64,000 bases of DNA from Vicugna vicugna (Eukaryota), in the NCBI GenBank assembly GCA_013265495.1, contig MU057711.1, positions 434,001-498,000 on the forward strand. Direction: 5' to 3'. Below, one piece after another: positions 51,463-64,000 of the stretch. Each line of letters opens with the position of its first letter. Position 1 is the first letter of the stretch. The notes under the pieces are model-generated. The model worked only from the letters and a program-made list of their open reading frames with translations. It had not been told where the DNA came from and made no database searches. The position numbers and the translations under genes are program-made.

Positions 51463-54050
51463 GTATACGCATTACTGTGTGAAATTAAATATCTATCCAT
51501 CCAACATCTGTCTGTCTATCTGGCACATTGTAAATGTTCAACAAATAGTGACTAGTTCCCAGCCAGGAAACATCCTTCCCTCAATCCTGACCCAAATTCT
51601 TCAGCTCTTTCTGAGTTTGTGAGTCTCTCTGCTCTTTTGTCCTGGAGCTCTGCCTCATTTAAGCAGAGGCACTGTGGAATTCAGAAGTTTAGTTAGTAAA
51701 GCATGTCTTAGCACTTGGAATTTATCACTTGACCTTCAGCCTTCTGTCTGCTATGCCTTGCAAGTTTAATTTATGTGAAGAACAGCACACTTTCCAAAAA
51801 ATGCTTGGGGAGCAGAGGCAATGTGCCCAGCTTCACCATGTCATCCTGACTTTTAGGGAAAAACCTGCTCAGCTCTTCAATTAGCAGCCCTGCTGGTAGC
51901 TCAGGCAATGTTTTCCACAAATCAGCAGCAGGAAATCTGATGAGAAGTCACTGTTTATGTAGCAGAATAAAGGATCCTAGTTGTCTGTCTATGAACAGTG
52001 ACCCTGGCAGGTAGAATTGAATTCATGTTGAAAACACTGTGCTTAGTTTAGAATATCTTTTTTCCTTTGGAATGGCCCATACATCTTAATATATTTCTTC
52101 GGAGAAAACAGATTTCTTCAATGGAGCAGCCATTTCCCAGGTTGTAATGTACTATGCTAATCACTTGGTATGTGTAGGGGGCGGGAGGGAGGGAGGAATG
52201 GAAGGAAAGAGGAGAGAATGGTTCATCAGCCACTTTTCACCTCTAGGCTCTTGGACCTGTGGTCCTTCGGTCAGGAACATTTTGGGGCGATGATTCCCAA
52301 ACCATATTTTTGGAACTTCAATAGTTTTAAATGATTTTAAATGACTTTGTATCAGAATTATCTGCAAACTGAATGAGATCTCAGGAGAGAAGTTATTCTG
52401 ATATTTATTCCCCCATGCTCCAGCCACTCCTCCCTTGCTCCAGCGCCTGACTCTATTTGCCCAGAAGAAAAAGAAAAAGAAAGAAATGTCTTTTCTTTGG
52501 CTGTTCTCTCTCTCTGAGTGTGAGACCAGGTCAGTTGCTATCATCCCACTGGATGGATGTGGTGATAGGAGAGAGACACTTGCCCTGGGCCCTGCATCTA
52601 GTCAGAGTCTTAAGGTTATAGAGGAGAGGAGTTGGTCTCTCCACTGAATATGTCACGATGGAGGAGATCTGTGACCAAATACGGTCTGTGCCTTCGCTCA
52701 TTTGGAAGGGAAACAGTTCATCCTGGAGTATGAGAGAGAGAGATCTTGCTGACTCAGGATACAGTGTAGGTGTGTAGTTTAAAAATGGAGCACCTCAGAC
52801 TCTCTGATTTGATCCAAAGCAAGTTTCAAATGTCAGGCCTTCTGGGTGGGTGTGGGTCGAAGCTTTCCCCTGACATCCTGATGACAGCATCATGATCAGA
52901 TACACCCTGACTGTCACTGCTGATGGGGCAAACTTGAGTATGGGAGGCAGTAAAGAAACATTATGCAAAATCAGCTCTAACCCTTTATTATCTGCAGCTG
53001 TGGCAGTGCTGCCGTAAGGGGACTCTGAATTACCAGCATGGACACCGGAGTTCAAGTTCTCAGCTCCCAGTCTTTCTTCTGCAAATGTGAACATTTGTGC
53101 GTGGATGGAGGACTGTGACGTCCCCTCTAGCTCTGCTGTTTTATGAATCTAAGGAGGAGGTCTGTCTAGCTCCCATGTCTCTCCTGCTATGGGGCGGGAA
53201 TTGCTAGGAGAGAGATGGTTTGTTTCACTTGTCAGGCAGCGTGGCGATGGCTCCAATTAGTGCGCACGCTCTCTCTGGGCAACACCCAACTCCCCCTTTT
53301 ACACAGCGAATGGTCCAGATTATGGGTGTTTCGGGGATTAGATTTCTCCTTGTTTTCCTTCTCAATATTTTAAGGACATTTTTAAGCCAAGCATTTATGG
53401 TGGCCTAATAGCAGAAACATGAGAGGGAAAAAAACTTGATGGTCCGCGAATCACATTTTCTGTGCAATTAGCCTCTGTAGTAAGTTACTTCATTACAAAT
53501 TGCCAGTAGGAAAACCAGCCTTCTGGACAGAGAATTATACAATTATAGTCGACGACAGGAATATCTCTTGAGAAATCTGCTAGCATGACCCCAGATATTA
53601 GGCAGAGAAGATGTATTCCTTTCATAGATGAAGAACTGATACTGGATTATGAAGTCAAGAGAACAGAGAAAGTGGCTTTTCTTGGTTTGCCTCTGTAGAA
53701 AAGATTTGTCTTGAACACAAGAACCCATGGTTATGAAATGATAATGTAGGAAGATGGGTGGAAATTTGTATTTTCCTGATTTCTGCTTTCTATTCCATAC
53801 CCAGACTAACTCCCTAAGACATTTGTAGATTGTAGTGTTACGTTGCTATAAAATCACTGTTTTTCCCCCAGCAAATAGTCTTTGAGTAGATTTTGTGTGC
53901 TAAGCACTGTGCTACCCAATTTAAAAAGAGTGATGAACAAAAAGTTAGAGTGTTTTTCCTTACAGAGTTAGGGAGATAGATATTAAATAAACACAGAAAT
54001 AAACATATCATCATTGTGAATATGGTAAATGACATGGAAGAAGAGAAACA

Positions 54051-54663
54051 GGGTACATACAGTCACTTTGGAGGACAGTTTGGCTGTTTCTTATGAAACT
54101 CAGTATACTCTTTCTATAGGATATAGCAGTTATGCTTCTTGGTATTTACCCTAGAGTTGAAAACTAACGTCCACACAAAAACCTGCACATGGATGATTAT
54201 AGTAGCTTTATTCACAACAACCAAAACTTGGAAGCAAACAAGATGTCCTTCAGTGGGTGAGTGGATAAATAAATTGTGGTCCATCCAGATAATGGAATGT
54301 TATTCAATGCTGAAAAGAAATGAGCTATCAAGCCATAAAAAGACATAAAGGAGTCTTAAATGCATATCACTAAGTGACAAGAGGCTAATCTGAGAAGTCT
54401 ATATACTTTTTGATTCCAACAATATGACCTTCTGGAAAAGGTAAAACTATGGAGACATTAAAAAGATCAATGCTCGGTTGGGAGAGGCAGGAGTTAGGTG
54501 AATAGGCAGGGAACAGAGGATTTCTAGGGTAATGAAAATACTCTGTATGATATCATAATAATAGGTATACGTCATTTGTTCAAACCCATAGAATGTACAA
54601 CACCAAGAGTGAACCATGGACACGGGTGATTATGATGTGTCAATGTAAATTCATCCTTGGTAA
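54051..54663 (+). mobile_element. L1MC1-like ORF2 end/3' UTR fragment
   Basis: aaaagaaatgagctatcaagccataaaaagacat...ttctggaaaaggtaaaactatggagaca; ORF 54139-54348 KTCTWM..ALF...KTWKQTRCPS. Confidence 0.85.
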
Positions 54664-54683
54664 AAATTAATATAGGATAACAT

Positions 54684-57600
54684 TTCTTTTTTAAACTAGG
54701 TTTTAATTTTTAGAATAGTTCTAGATTCAGAGCATAATTAAGTGGAAGGTGCACAGATTCCCCATATATAGCCTGTCCCCATGTAGGCACAGCCTTCCCC
54801 AATATTAAAATATTGCAAGAGAATGGCATATTTGTTAAAACTGATGGAACTGCATTGGCACATTATCCTCTAAACACCATAGTTTACATTAGGGTTCATT
54901 TTGATGCTGAACATTCTATGGGTTTAACAAATGTATGACATGTAGCCACCATTACAGTATCATCCAGAGTGATTTCACTGCCCTAAAAATTCTCTGTGCT
55001 CTGCCTATTCATCTAACTCCCATCCCTCAGCACTGATCTTTTTACTGTCTTTATAGTTTTACCTTTTCCAGAGGGTCATATAGTTGGAATCATGCAGTAT
55101 GTGGACTTTTCAGATAGGCCCCTTTTCATTTAGTGATATGTATTCAAGAGTTCTTCATGTCTTTTCATGGCTTGATAGCTCATTTCTTTTTAATATTTAG
55201 TTGTCTGAATGTATTACAGTTTATTCATTCACTCACCTCCAGAAGGACATCTTAGTTGCTTTCAAGTTTTGGCAATTATGAATAAAACTGCTATAAACAT
55301 CCTTGTGCAAGTTGTGTGGACATAAGTTTTCAAGTCGTTTGGGTAAATACCAAGGAGCTTAGTTGCTATATCATATGGTAAGAGTATGTTTAGTGGTATA
55401 AGAAACTTCCAAAATGTCCGCCAAGGAATGAATGGAAGTTCCTGTTGTCCTGCATCCTTCTACCATTTGGCATTTCAGTGCTCTGGGTTTTGGCTATTCT
55501 AATAGAGTTGTGCAGTGGAATTTCATTGTTTCAATTTGAATTTTCCTAATGACATATGATGTGGAGCATCTTTTCATATGCTTATTTACTATCTGTAGTT
55601 CTTTGGTGAAGTGTTTGTTCAGGTTTTTTTCCCATTTTTAAATTGGATTGTTCTTTTTTTCATTGTTGGGTTTGAAGTGTTCTTTACAGTTTGAATAACA
55701 GTTCTTTATCAGAAATGTCTTTACAAATATTTTCTCCCAGTCTAAGTCTTGTCTTCTTATATTCCAGTTGTTGTTTTCTGCAGAGTAGAAGTTTTTAATT
55801 ACAATGAAGTCTAGCTTATCAAGTTTTTCCTTCACAGATCATGCCTTTGGTGTTGTATCCAAAAATTCATTTCCAAACTCAAGGTCATCTAGACTTTATC
55901 TTATGCTATCCTCTAGGAGTTCTATAGATTTGCTTTTTACATTTAGGTTTGTGATCCATTTTGGGTTAATTTTTGTGACGGGTATAAAGTCTAATGAAGG
56001 GTGTAAGTTGTCTAGATTCTTTTCTTTTTTTTACATGTGGATGTCCATTTGTTCAGGCACCATTTATTGAAAAGTCTATCTTTTCTTCAATGCCTTTTAT
56101 CTTTGTCAAACGTCAGTTGAATGTGGTTCCATTTCAGATCTCTCCATTCTGTTTCATTGATCTATTTATCTATTTTTAAACTAATACCACACTGTGATTT
56201 TGTAACATTATAGTAAGTCTTGAAGTCAGGTAGTGTCAGTTCTATGACTTTTGTTCTTCTCCTTCAAAATTGTGTTGGTTATTCTGGTTTGTGGGTTTTT
56301 TTTTTTTTTTGCCCTTCCAAATAAACTTTAGAATCAGTTTCTCAATATTTACAAAACTTGATGGAGTTTTGATTGTGATTACATTGAATCTATAAAGCAA
56401 GTTGGGAAGAACTGACATCTTGACAATACCGAGTTTTCCTATCCATGAACATGGAATATCTCTCCATTTATTTAGTTCTTTGATTTCTTCCATCAGAGTT
56501 TATAGTTTTCCTTATATAGAGCTTGTACATGTTTTGTTAGATGTATCTCTAAATACTTCATTTGGGGGAGAGTTAATATAAATGACAACATATTTTTAAT
56601 TTCAAAGTCCTCTTACTCATTGCTGGTGTATCAGAAAGTGATTGCCTTTCACATATTGACCTTGTTTCCTGCAATCTTGCTATAATTGCTTATTACATCC
56701 AGGTTTTTTTAATCAACTATCTCTACAAATAATCATAGATGATTATGTTTTCCATGAATAAAGAGTTTTATTTCCTCCTTACAAATCAGTATACCTTTTA
56801 TCTTCTTTCTTGTCTTTGTTGTGTTAGCTAGGACTTCCAGTATGATGTTGAAAGAGAATGGTGAAAGGGGAAATTATTTTTTATTTTAGTGGGAGAGCTT
56901 CTAGTTTATCACCATTAAGTATAATGTTAGCTGTAGGTTTTTGTAGATGTTCGTTATCCAGCTGAAGAAGCTCCTCTCTATTCCTAGTTTACTGGGAGTT
57001 TTTATTATGAATGGATGTTGAATTTTGTCAAGTGCATTTTCTGCATCTATTTATATAATTATGTAATTAAACTGGATTACATTAATCAGTTTCCAGTTTC
57101 CAGCATACCTGGGGTAAATTCCACTTGTTTGTGGTGTATAAATCTTTTTATGTATTGTTGGATTCAATTTGCTAATGTTTTGTTGAAGATTTTTGCATCT
57201 ATGACTATGGGAGATATTTATTTGTAGTTTTCTTATAATCTTTGTCTGGTTTTAGTATTAGGGTAGTACTGGCTTCATAGAATGGGTTAGGAAGTATTTT
57301 GTCTACTTCAATCTGGAAGAAACTATAGAAAATTAATATAATTTTTCCCTTTAATATTTCTAGAGCTCATCTTGGCCTGGTGCATTCTGTGTTGGAATTT
57401 TGTTAATTATTGACTCAATTTCTTTAATAGGTGTATTTAGATTGTCTTTTTGTGTGTGTGAGTTTTTTGTTTTGCTTTATTTTGTTTTGTTTTTACAGCT
57501 TGTGTCTTTCAAGAAATTGATCCTTTTCATCTAGGATATCAAATTTAAGGTCTTAGGACTGATCATAATATTCCTTTATTATTCTTTGTCCATAGGATCT

Positions 57601-57766
57601 ATAGTAATATCTTTCTTCATTTCTGTTATCAGTAACTTGTATGTTTTCTTTTTTTTTTCAGCTAGCCTAGATAAAGACTTATTGATTTTGTTAATCTTTT
57701 CAAAGAACCAGCTTTAGATTTGTTGATTTTCTTTATTGATTTCCTGTTTTCAATTTCATTGATTTC
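54684..57766 (-). mobile_element. L1MC1-like element, 3' UTR plus decayed ORF2
   Basis: T-rich 3' end at 54684; ORF remnants such as 56242-56493 [18 protein letters not shown]. Confidence 0.88.
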
Positions 57767-59019
57767 TTTTTTTAATATATATATATATATTTATTGAAGT
57801 ATAGTCAGTTTACAATGTTGTGTCAATTTCTGGTGTACAGCACAATGCTTCAGTCATATATGAACATACGTATATTGTTTTTGTATTCTTTTTCACCATA
57901 AGTTACAAGATATTGAATATAGTTCCTTGTGCTATACAGTATAAACTTGTTTATCTATTTTATATATAAAATATTAAAAAATATATAAAATATATATAAT
58001 ATATCTTGTTGTGTCTACAGATCTCGTACTACCAATTTATCCCTTCTCACCTCCTTCCCTTTCCCCCAGTAACCATAAGTTTGTTTTCTATATCTGAGAG
58101 TTTGTTTTGTAAATAAGTTTGCTTGTCTTTTTTTTTTTTTTCAGATTCCACATATGAAAGATATCATATGGTATTTTCCTTTCTCTTTCTGGCTTATTTC
58201 ACTTAGAATGACATTCTCCAGGAACATCCATGTATGTTTGATAGAATTCCCCAATGAAGTCATCTGGTCCTGGACTGTTGTTTGCAGGGAGGTTTTCTTT
58301 TTATTGCTGATTCTGTTTTACTTCTAGTGATTGGTCTGTTCAAATGATCTATTTTTTCTTGATTCAGTTTTGGTGGACTGTATGTTTCTAGAAACTTATC
58401 CGTTTCTCCTAAGTTGTCCAATTTATTGCCATATAGTTCTTCATAGTATTCCCTTATGATTTTTGTACTTCTGTGGTGTTGGTTGTAATCTCACCATTTG
58501 CATTTCTTATTTTATTTATTTCTGTGCTCTCTCTTTTCTTCTTGGTGAGTCTGGCCAGAGGTTTGTCAATTTGGTTTACTTTTTCAAAAAACCAGCTCTT
58601 GGTTTGATTAATTTTTTCTATTTTTTTAAAAATCTTTATTTTATTTATTTCCTCGTTGAACTTGATTATTTCTTTCCTTCTACTGACTTTGGATTTTGTT
58701 TGTTCTTCCTTTTCTAATTCTTTTAGATGGTAGGTTAGGTTCTTTATCTGTGATTGTTCTTTTCTGAGAAAGGCCGGCCTGTATTGCTTTGAACTTCCCT
58801 CTTAGGACTGCTTTTGCTGCATCCCATAGATTTCATGTGGTTGTGTTTCCATAGTCATTTGTCTCAAAGTATTTTTAAATTTCTTCTTTGATGTCATCAT
58901 GGACCCATTTATTTATTTTTTTTATTTTTTATTTTTTTTAAATTTTTTTATTGATTTATAGGCATTTTACAATGTTGTGTCAAATTCCAGTGTAGAAAAC
59001 AATTTTTCAGTTATACATG

Positions 59020-59022
<3 letters not shown>

Positions 59023-59062
<40 letters not shown>
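59023..59062. repeat. (AT)20 microsatellite in the L1 3' UTR
   Basis: Direct reading. Confidence 0.95.
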
Positions 59063-59065
<3 letters not shown>

Positions 59066-59075
59066 TTGTCACATG

Positions 59076-59482
59076 NNNNNNNNNNNNNNNNNNNNNNNNN
59101 NNNNNNNNNNNNNNNNNNNNNNNNNNNNNNNNNNNNNNNNNNNNNNNNNNNNNNNNNNNNNNNNNNNNNNNNNNNNNNNNNNNNNNNNNNNNNNNNNNNN
59201 NNNNNNNNNNNNNNNNNNNNNNNNNNNNNNNNNNNNNNNNNNNNNNNNNNNNNNNNNNNNNNNNNNNNNNNNNNNNNNNNNNNNNNNNNNNNNNNNNNNN
59301 NNNNNNNNNNNNNNNNNNNNNNNNNNNNNNNNNNNNNNNNNNNNNNNNNNNNNNNNNNNNNNNNNNNNNNNNNNNNNNNNNNNNNNNNNNNNNNNNNNNN
59401 NNNNNNNNNNNNNNNNNNNNNNNNNNNNNNNNNNNNNNNNNNNNNNNNNNNNNNNNNNNNNNNNNNNNNNNNNNNNNNNNNN
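59076..59482. other. Assembly gap (407 N)
   Basis: Run of n. Confidence 1.
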
Positions 59483-62400
59483 TCTTCTTTATCCAGTCAT
59501 CTGTCGATGGACATTTAGGCTGTTTCCATGTCTTGGCTATTGTAAACAGTGCTGCTATGAACATTGGGGTGCAGGTGTCATTTTGAAGTAGGGTTTCTTC
59601 TGGATATATGCACAGGAGCAGGATTCCTGGGTCATATGGTAAGCCTATTCCTAGTCTTTTGAGGAATCTCCATACCGTTTTCCACAATGGCTGCACCAAA
59701 CTGCATTCCCACCAGCAGTGAAGGAGGGTTCCCTTTTCTCCACAGCCTCTCCAGCATTTGTCATTTGTGGATTTTTGAATGATGGCCATTCTGACTGGTG
59801 TGAGGTGATACCTCATTGTAGTTTTGATTTGCATTTCTCTGATAATTACTGATACCGAGCATTTTTTCATGTGCCTATTGATAATTTGTATGTCTTCCTT
59901 GGAGAATTGCTTGTTTAGGTCTTTTACCCATTTTTGGATTGGGTTGTTTGTTTTTTTCTGATTAAGTTGTATGAGCTGCTCATGTATTCTGGAGATCAAG
60001 CCTTTGTCGGTTTTATCTGCAAAATTTTTTTCCCATTCCGTAGGTTGTCTTTTTGTTTTACTTCTGGTTTCCTTTGCTGTGAAGAAGCTTGTAAGTTTCA
60101 TTAGGTCCCATTTGTTTATTCTTGCTTTTATTTCTATTGCTTGGCTAGACTGTTCTAGGAGAACATTTTTGAGATGTATGTCAGATAATGTTTTGCCTAT
60201 ATTTTCCTCTAAGAGGTTTATTGTATCTTGTCTTATGTTTAAGTCTTTGATCCATTTTGAGTTTATTTTTGTGTGTGGTGTAAGGGAGTGTTCTAGCTTC
60301 ATTGTTTTACATGCTGCTGTCCAGTTTCCCAACACCATTTGCTGAAGAGACTGTCTTTATTCCATTGTACGTTCTTGCCTCCTTTGTCGAAGATTAGTTG
60401 ACCAAAAGTTTGTGGGTTCATTTCTGGGCTCTCTATTCTGTTCCATTGGTCTATATGTCTGTTTTTGTACCAATACCATGCTGTTTTGATTACTGTAGCT
60501 CTATAGTATTGCCTGAAGTCTGGGAGAGTTATGCTTCCAGCCTCTTTCTTTCTTTTCAGTAATGCTTTGGCAATTCTAGGTCTTTGATGGTTCCATACAA
60601 ATTTTATTGAGATTTGTTCTAGTTCTGTGAAATATGTCCTGGGTAATTTGATAGGGATTGCATTAAATCTGTAGATTGCCTTGGGCAGTGTGACCATTGT
60701 AACAATATTGATTCTACCAATCCAAGAGCATTGGGTATCTTTCCATTTTTTAAAGTCTTCTTTAATTTCCCTTATCAATGGTTTATAGTTGTCTGTGTAT
60801 AATTATGTCACCTCCTTGGTTAGATTTATTCCTCAGTATTTTATTACTTTGGGTGCCATTTTAACGGGGATTGTTTCTTTACTTTCTTTTTCTGTTGATT
60901 CATCATTAGTGTAAAGAAATGCAACTAATTTTTGAACGTTAATCTTGTAACCTGCTACCTTGCTGAATTCTTCGATCAGCTCTAGTAGTTTTTGTGTGGA
61001 CCTTTTAGGGTTTTCTATATATAGTAACATGCTGTCAGCATATAGTGACATTTTTACCTCTTCTTTTCCAATTTGGATCCCTTTTATTTCTCTCTCTTGT
61101 CTGATTGCTGTGGCTAGGACTTCCAAGACTATGTTGAATAATAGTGGTGTTAGTGGGCAGCCTTGTCTTGTCCCAGATTTTAGTGGGAAGCTTTTGAGTT
61201 TTTCACCATGCTGGCTGTAGGTATGTCATATATAGCTTTTATTATGTTGAGATATGTTCCCTCTATACCCACTTTGGTGAGAGTTTTTATCGTAAATCGG
61301 TGTTGAATTTTATCAAAAGCTTTTCCTGCATCTATTGAGATGATCATGTAGTTTTTGTCCTTTCTCTTGTTGATGTGATGTATTACATTGATTGATTTGC
61401 ATATGTTGAACCACCCTCGTGTACCTGGGATGAATCCCACTTGGTCATGTTGTATAATCTTTTTCATGTGTTGTTGGATTCTATTTGCTAATATTTTGGT
61501 GAGGATTTTGGCGATTATGTTCATCAGTGATATTGGCCTATAATTCTCTTTTTCGGTAGTGTCTTTGCCTGGTTTTGGTATCAGGGTGATGGTGGCTTCA
61601 TAGAATGAGTTTGGGAGTATTCCCTCCTTTTCAATCTTCTGGAAGAGTTTGAGAAGGACTGGTATGAGTTCTTCTTTGTATGTGTGGTAGAATTCCCCGG
61701 TGAAGCTGTCTGGTCCTGGACTTTTATTTGCAGGGAGGTTTTTTATTGCTGTTTCGATTTCATTTCTAGTGATCAGTTTGTTCAAGTGTTCAGATTCTTC
61801 TTGATTCAGTCTTGGTGGACAGTATGTTTCCAGAAACTTGTCCATCTCCTCTAGGTTATCCAGTTTGGTTCCATACAGTTTTTCATAATATTCTCATATG
61901 ATATTCTGAATTTCTATGTTATTTGGTGTGCTTTCTCCATTTTCCTTTCTTATTTTGCTTATTTGTGCTCTCTCTTTTTTCTTCTTTGTGAGTTTGGCCA
62001 GAGGTTTGTTGATTTTATTTACTTAAAAAAAAAACCAGCTTTAGGTTTGATTGATTTTTTTCTACTTGTTTTTTTTTAATCTCTATTTTATTTATTTCCT
62101 TCCTAATCTTTATAATTTCCTTCCTTCTGCTGCCTTTTGGGGTTTTTTGTTCTTCTTTTTCTAGTTCTCTCAGCTTAAATTGTTTATTTGAGATTGTTCT
62201 TCTTTTTTGAGGAAGGCCTGTATCGCTATAAACTTCCCTCTTAGCACTGCCTTTGCTATGTCCCATAAGTTTTGTGTGGTTGTGCTTTCAGACCCATTGA
62301 TTTTTTAATGGTATGTTGTTTAGTCTCCATGCTGTCATTTTTTGCTTGTTTGTTTTTCTGTGGTTGGTTTCTAGTTTCATGCCTTTGTGGTCAGAGAAGA

Positions 62401-64000
62401 TGCTTAGAATGATTTCTGTCTTCTTAAATTTGTTGAGGCTTCTTTTGTGTCCAAGCGTATGGTCTATCCTAGAGAATGCTCCATGAACACTTGAAAATAA
62501 TGTATATTCTGTTTTTGGTGGATGTAATGTCCTAAAAACATCAACAAAATCTAACTGTTCTATTGTGTCATTTATTATCTCTGTTGCTTTACTGATTTTC
62601 TGTCTGGAAGACCTGTCCAATGATGTCAGTGGGGTGTTAAAGTCTCCTACTGTCATTGTATTCCCATTAATTTCTCCCTTTATGTCTGTTAGTATCTGTT
62701 TTATATATTTAAATGCTCCTATATTTGGTACATATATGTTAACAAGTATAATATCTTCATCTTGTATTGCTCCTTTGATCGTTATTTAGTACCCTTCTTT
62801 TTCTTTATGGTCTTTGTTTTAAAGTTTATTTTGTCTAACATGAATATTGCTGCTCTTGCTTTCTTGTCATTTCCATTTGTATGAAATAACTTTTTCCAAC
62901 TCTCACTTTCAATCTATGTGTGTCCTTCACTCTAAAGTGGTCTCTTGTAGGCAGCATATTGTAGACATTTGTTTTATTATCCAATCTGCCACTCTATGTC
63001 TTTTGATTGGAGCATTTAGTCCATTGACATTTATAGTAATTATTTATAGTTGTATGTTTATTGACGTTTTGATCTTTGTTTTCCAGTTGATTTGGAATTT
63101 CTTCTTCATTCCTTTCTTTTCCTTTTTGTCTTTCTTTTTGTGGGTTGATAATTTTCTTTTGTATTAGCTTGGTTTCTTTTGGTTTTTGTGACTCTATTGT
63201 ATACTTTTGATTTGTGGTTACTTTGTTTTTCAAGTATGTCATCCCTTTACTATATCTGTTTTCTTTAGACTGATAGTCATGTGGGCTCAAACACATCCTA
63301 AAAAGAATGAAGAAAAAAAAAAGAGAGGAAAAAATCTATATTTTCTTGCTCCCCTCTCCAACCTTTTATGATTTTGATATTTGTTATTTTTATTATTTTT
63401 TTTTACATATTCATGTTTATTCTCTTGCAATTCAGTGTAGTTATTGCATTTACAATTATGGTTTTCTCATTTCTATACCTTCATTTCTTTTCTATTTAGA
63501 GTAGACCTTTCAATATTCTTTTTAATACAGGTTTAGTATTGCTGAATTCTTTTAGTTTTTGCTTCTCTGTGAAATTCTTTATCTCTCCTTCTACTCTAAA
63601 GGATAATCTTGCCTGATAAAGTATCCTAGGTTGCAGCTTTTTCTCTTTCAGAACTTTGAATATATCTTGCCACCCCTTCTGGCCAGTAGTGTTTGTGTAG
63701 AGAAATCAACCGAAGGCCTTATGGGAGTTCACTTGTAACTAACTTTTTGTTTTTCTCTTGCTGTCTTTGGAATTCTTTCTTTATCTTTAACTTTGGCCAT
63801 CTTAATTATAATATGTCTTGATGTAGGTCTGTTTAGGTTCTTCTTGTTTGGGACCCTCTGTGCCTCTTGTACTTGGAAAGTTTTCAGTCATGATTTCTTC
63901 AAATACTTTTTTAATCCCCCTTTCTATTTTTTCTCCTTCTGGGACCCCTATTATGCATAGGTTGGCATGCTTTATATTATTTCATAGTTCCCTTATATTG

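Larger units (their letters stand above)
58918..62290 (-). mobile_element. Younger 5'-truncated LINE-1 (~3.4 kb) nested in the host L1; ORF2 disrupted
   Basis: T-tail at 58908-58950; TSD gacccatt(t/g)attt(a/t)tt at 58902-58917 and 62291-62306. ORF2 pieces: NYRPISLMN, the RT motif mutated to LYADSM, and the C-terminal [18 protein letters not shown]. Confidence 0.92.
57767..64000 (-). mobile_element. Lineage-specific LINE-1 (host copy): 3' UTR, internally deleted ORF2, endonuclease domain and ORF1 3' part, running off the window; split by a younger L1
   Basis: Tail at 57767-57795. EN motifs VGDFNTPL, SRIDH and FSDH in ORF 62288-62656. ORF1-type sequence at about 63450-64000 (gataaagtatcctaggttgcagc corresponds to LQPRIL). 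Frameshifted. Confidence 0.9.

Noticed and set aside
143..54035. Numerous 60-180 aa ORFs on both strands
   Set aside because: No recognisable domains; many start at non-ATG codons, overlap on opposite strands or lie in repeats, as expected by chance in mammalian DNA.
58977..60338. Long ORFs of 150-443 aa near 59 kb
   Set aside because: Lengths are inflated by translation through the N gap and (AT)n; the real part is only the L1 ORF2 C-terminus.
58918..64000. An intact, active LINE-1
   Set aside because: Multiple frameshifts and deletions, YADD changed to YADS, and a composite of two elements.

Overview
Mammalian (eutherian) non-coding genomic DNA, intergenic or deep intronic. I find no protein-coding exon, RNA gene or CRISPR array; the short ORFs in the track are chance ORFs, except the broken LINE-1 ORF2 fragments at 59-63 kb. 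The left ~40 kb is richer in GC and in ancient repeats (MIR, L2, MaLR/ERVL LTRs, hAT), with repeat-free blocks that could be enhancers. The right ~22 kb is AT-rich and dominated by nested LINE-1s, with a 407-N gap at 59076-59482. The young L1 3' ends resemble camelid L1s, and I saw no Alu, Bov-A/BovB, PRE-1 or Can-SINE, so a camelid source is plausible (inference from memory). The most interesting signals are retrotransposition footprints: an L1 3' transduction with a TSD and two A-tails, a twin-priming L1 inversion, and an L1 inserted into another L1 and truncated 50 nt from the homologous position. Also notable are three co-oriented ERV1-type solo LTRs carrying NF-kB/STAT-like motifs, a palindromic double-LTR-end cassette, and a CTCF motif straddling an LTR/host junction. 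I cannot support a novel gene system. Repeat family names are from recall, not a database search, and boundaries without a TSD are approximate.
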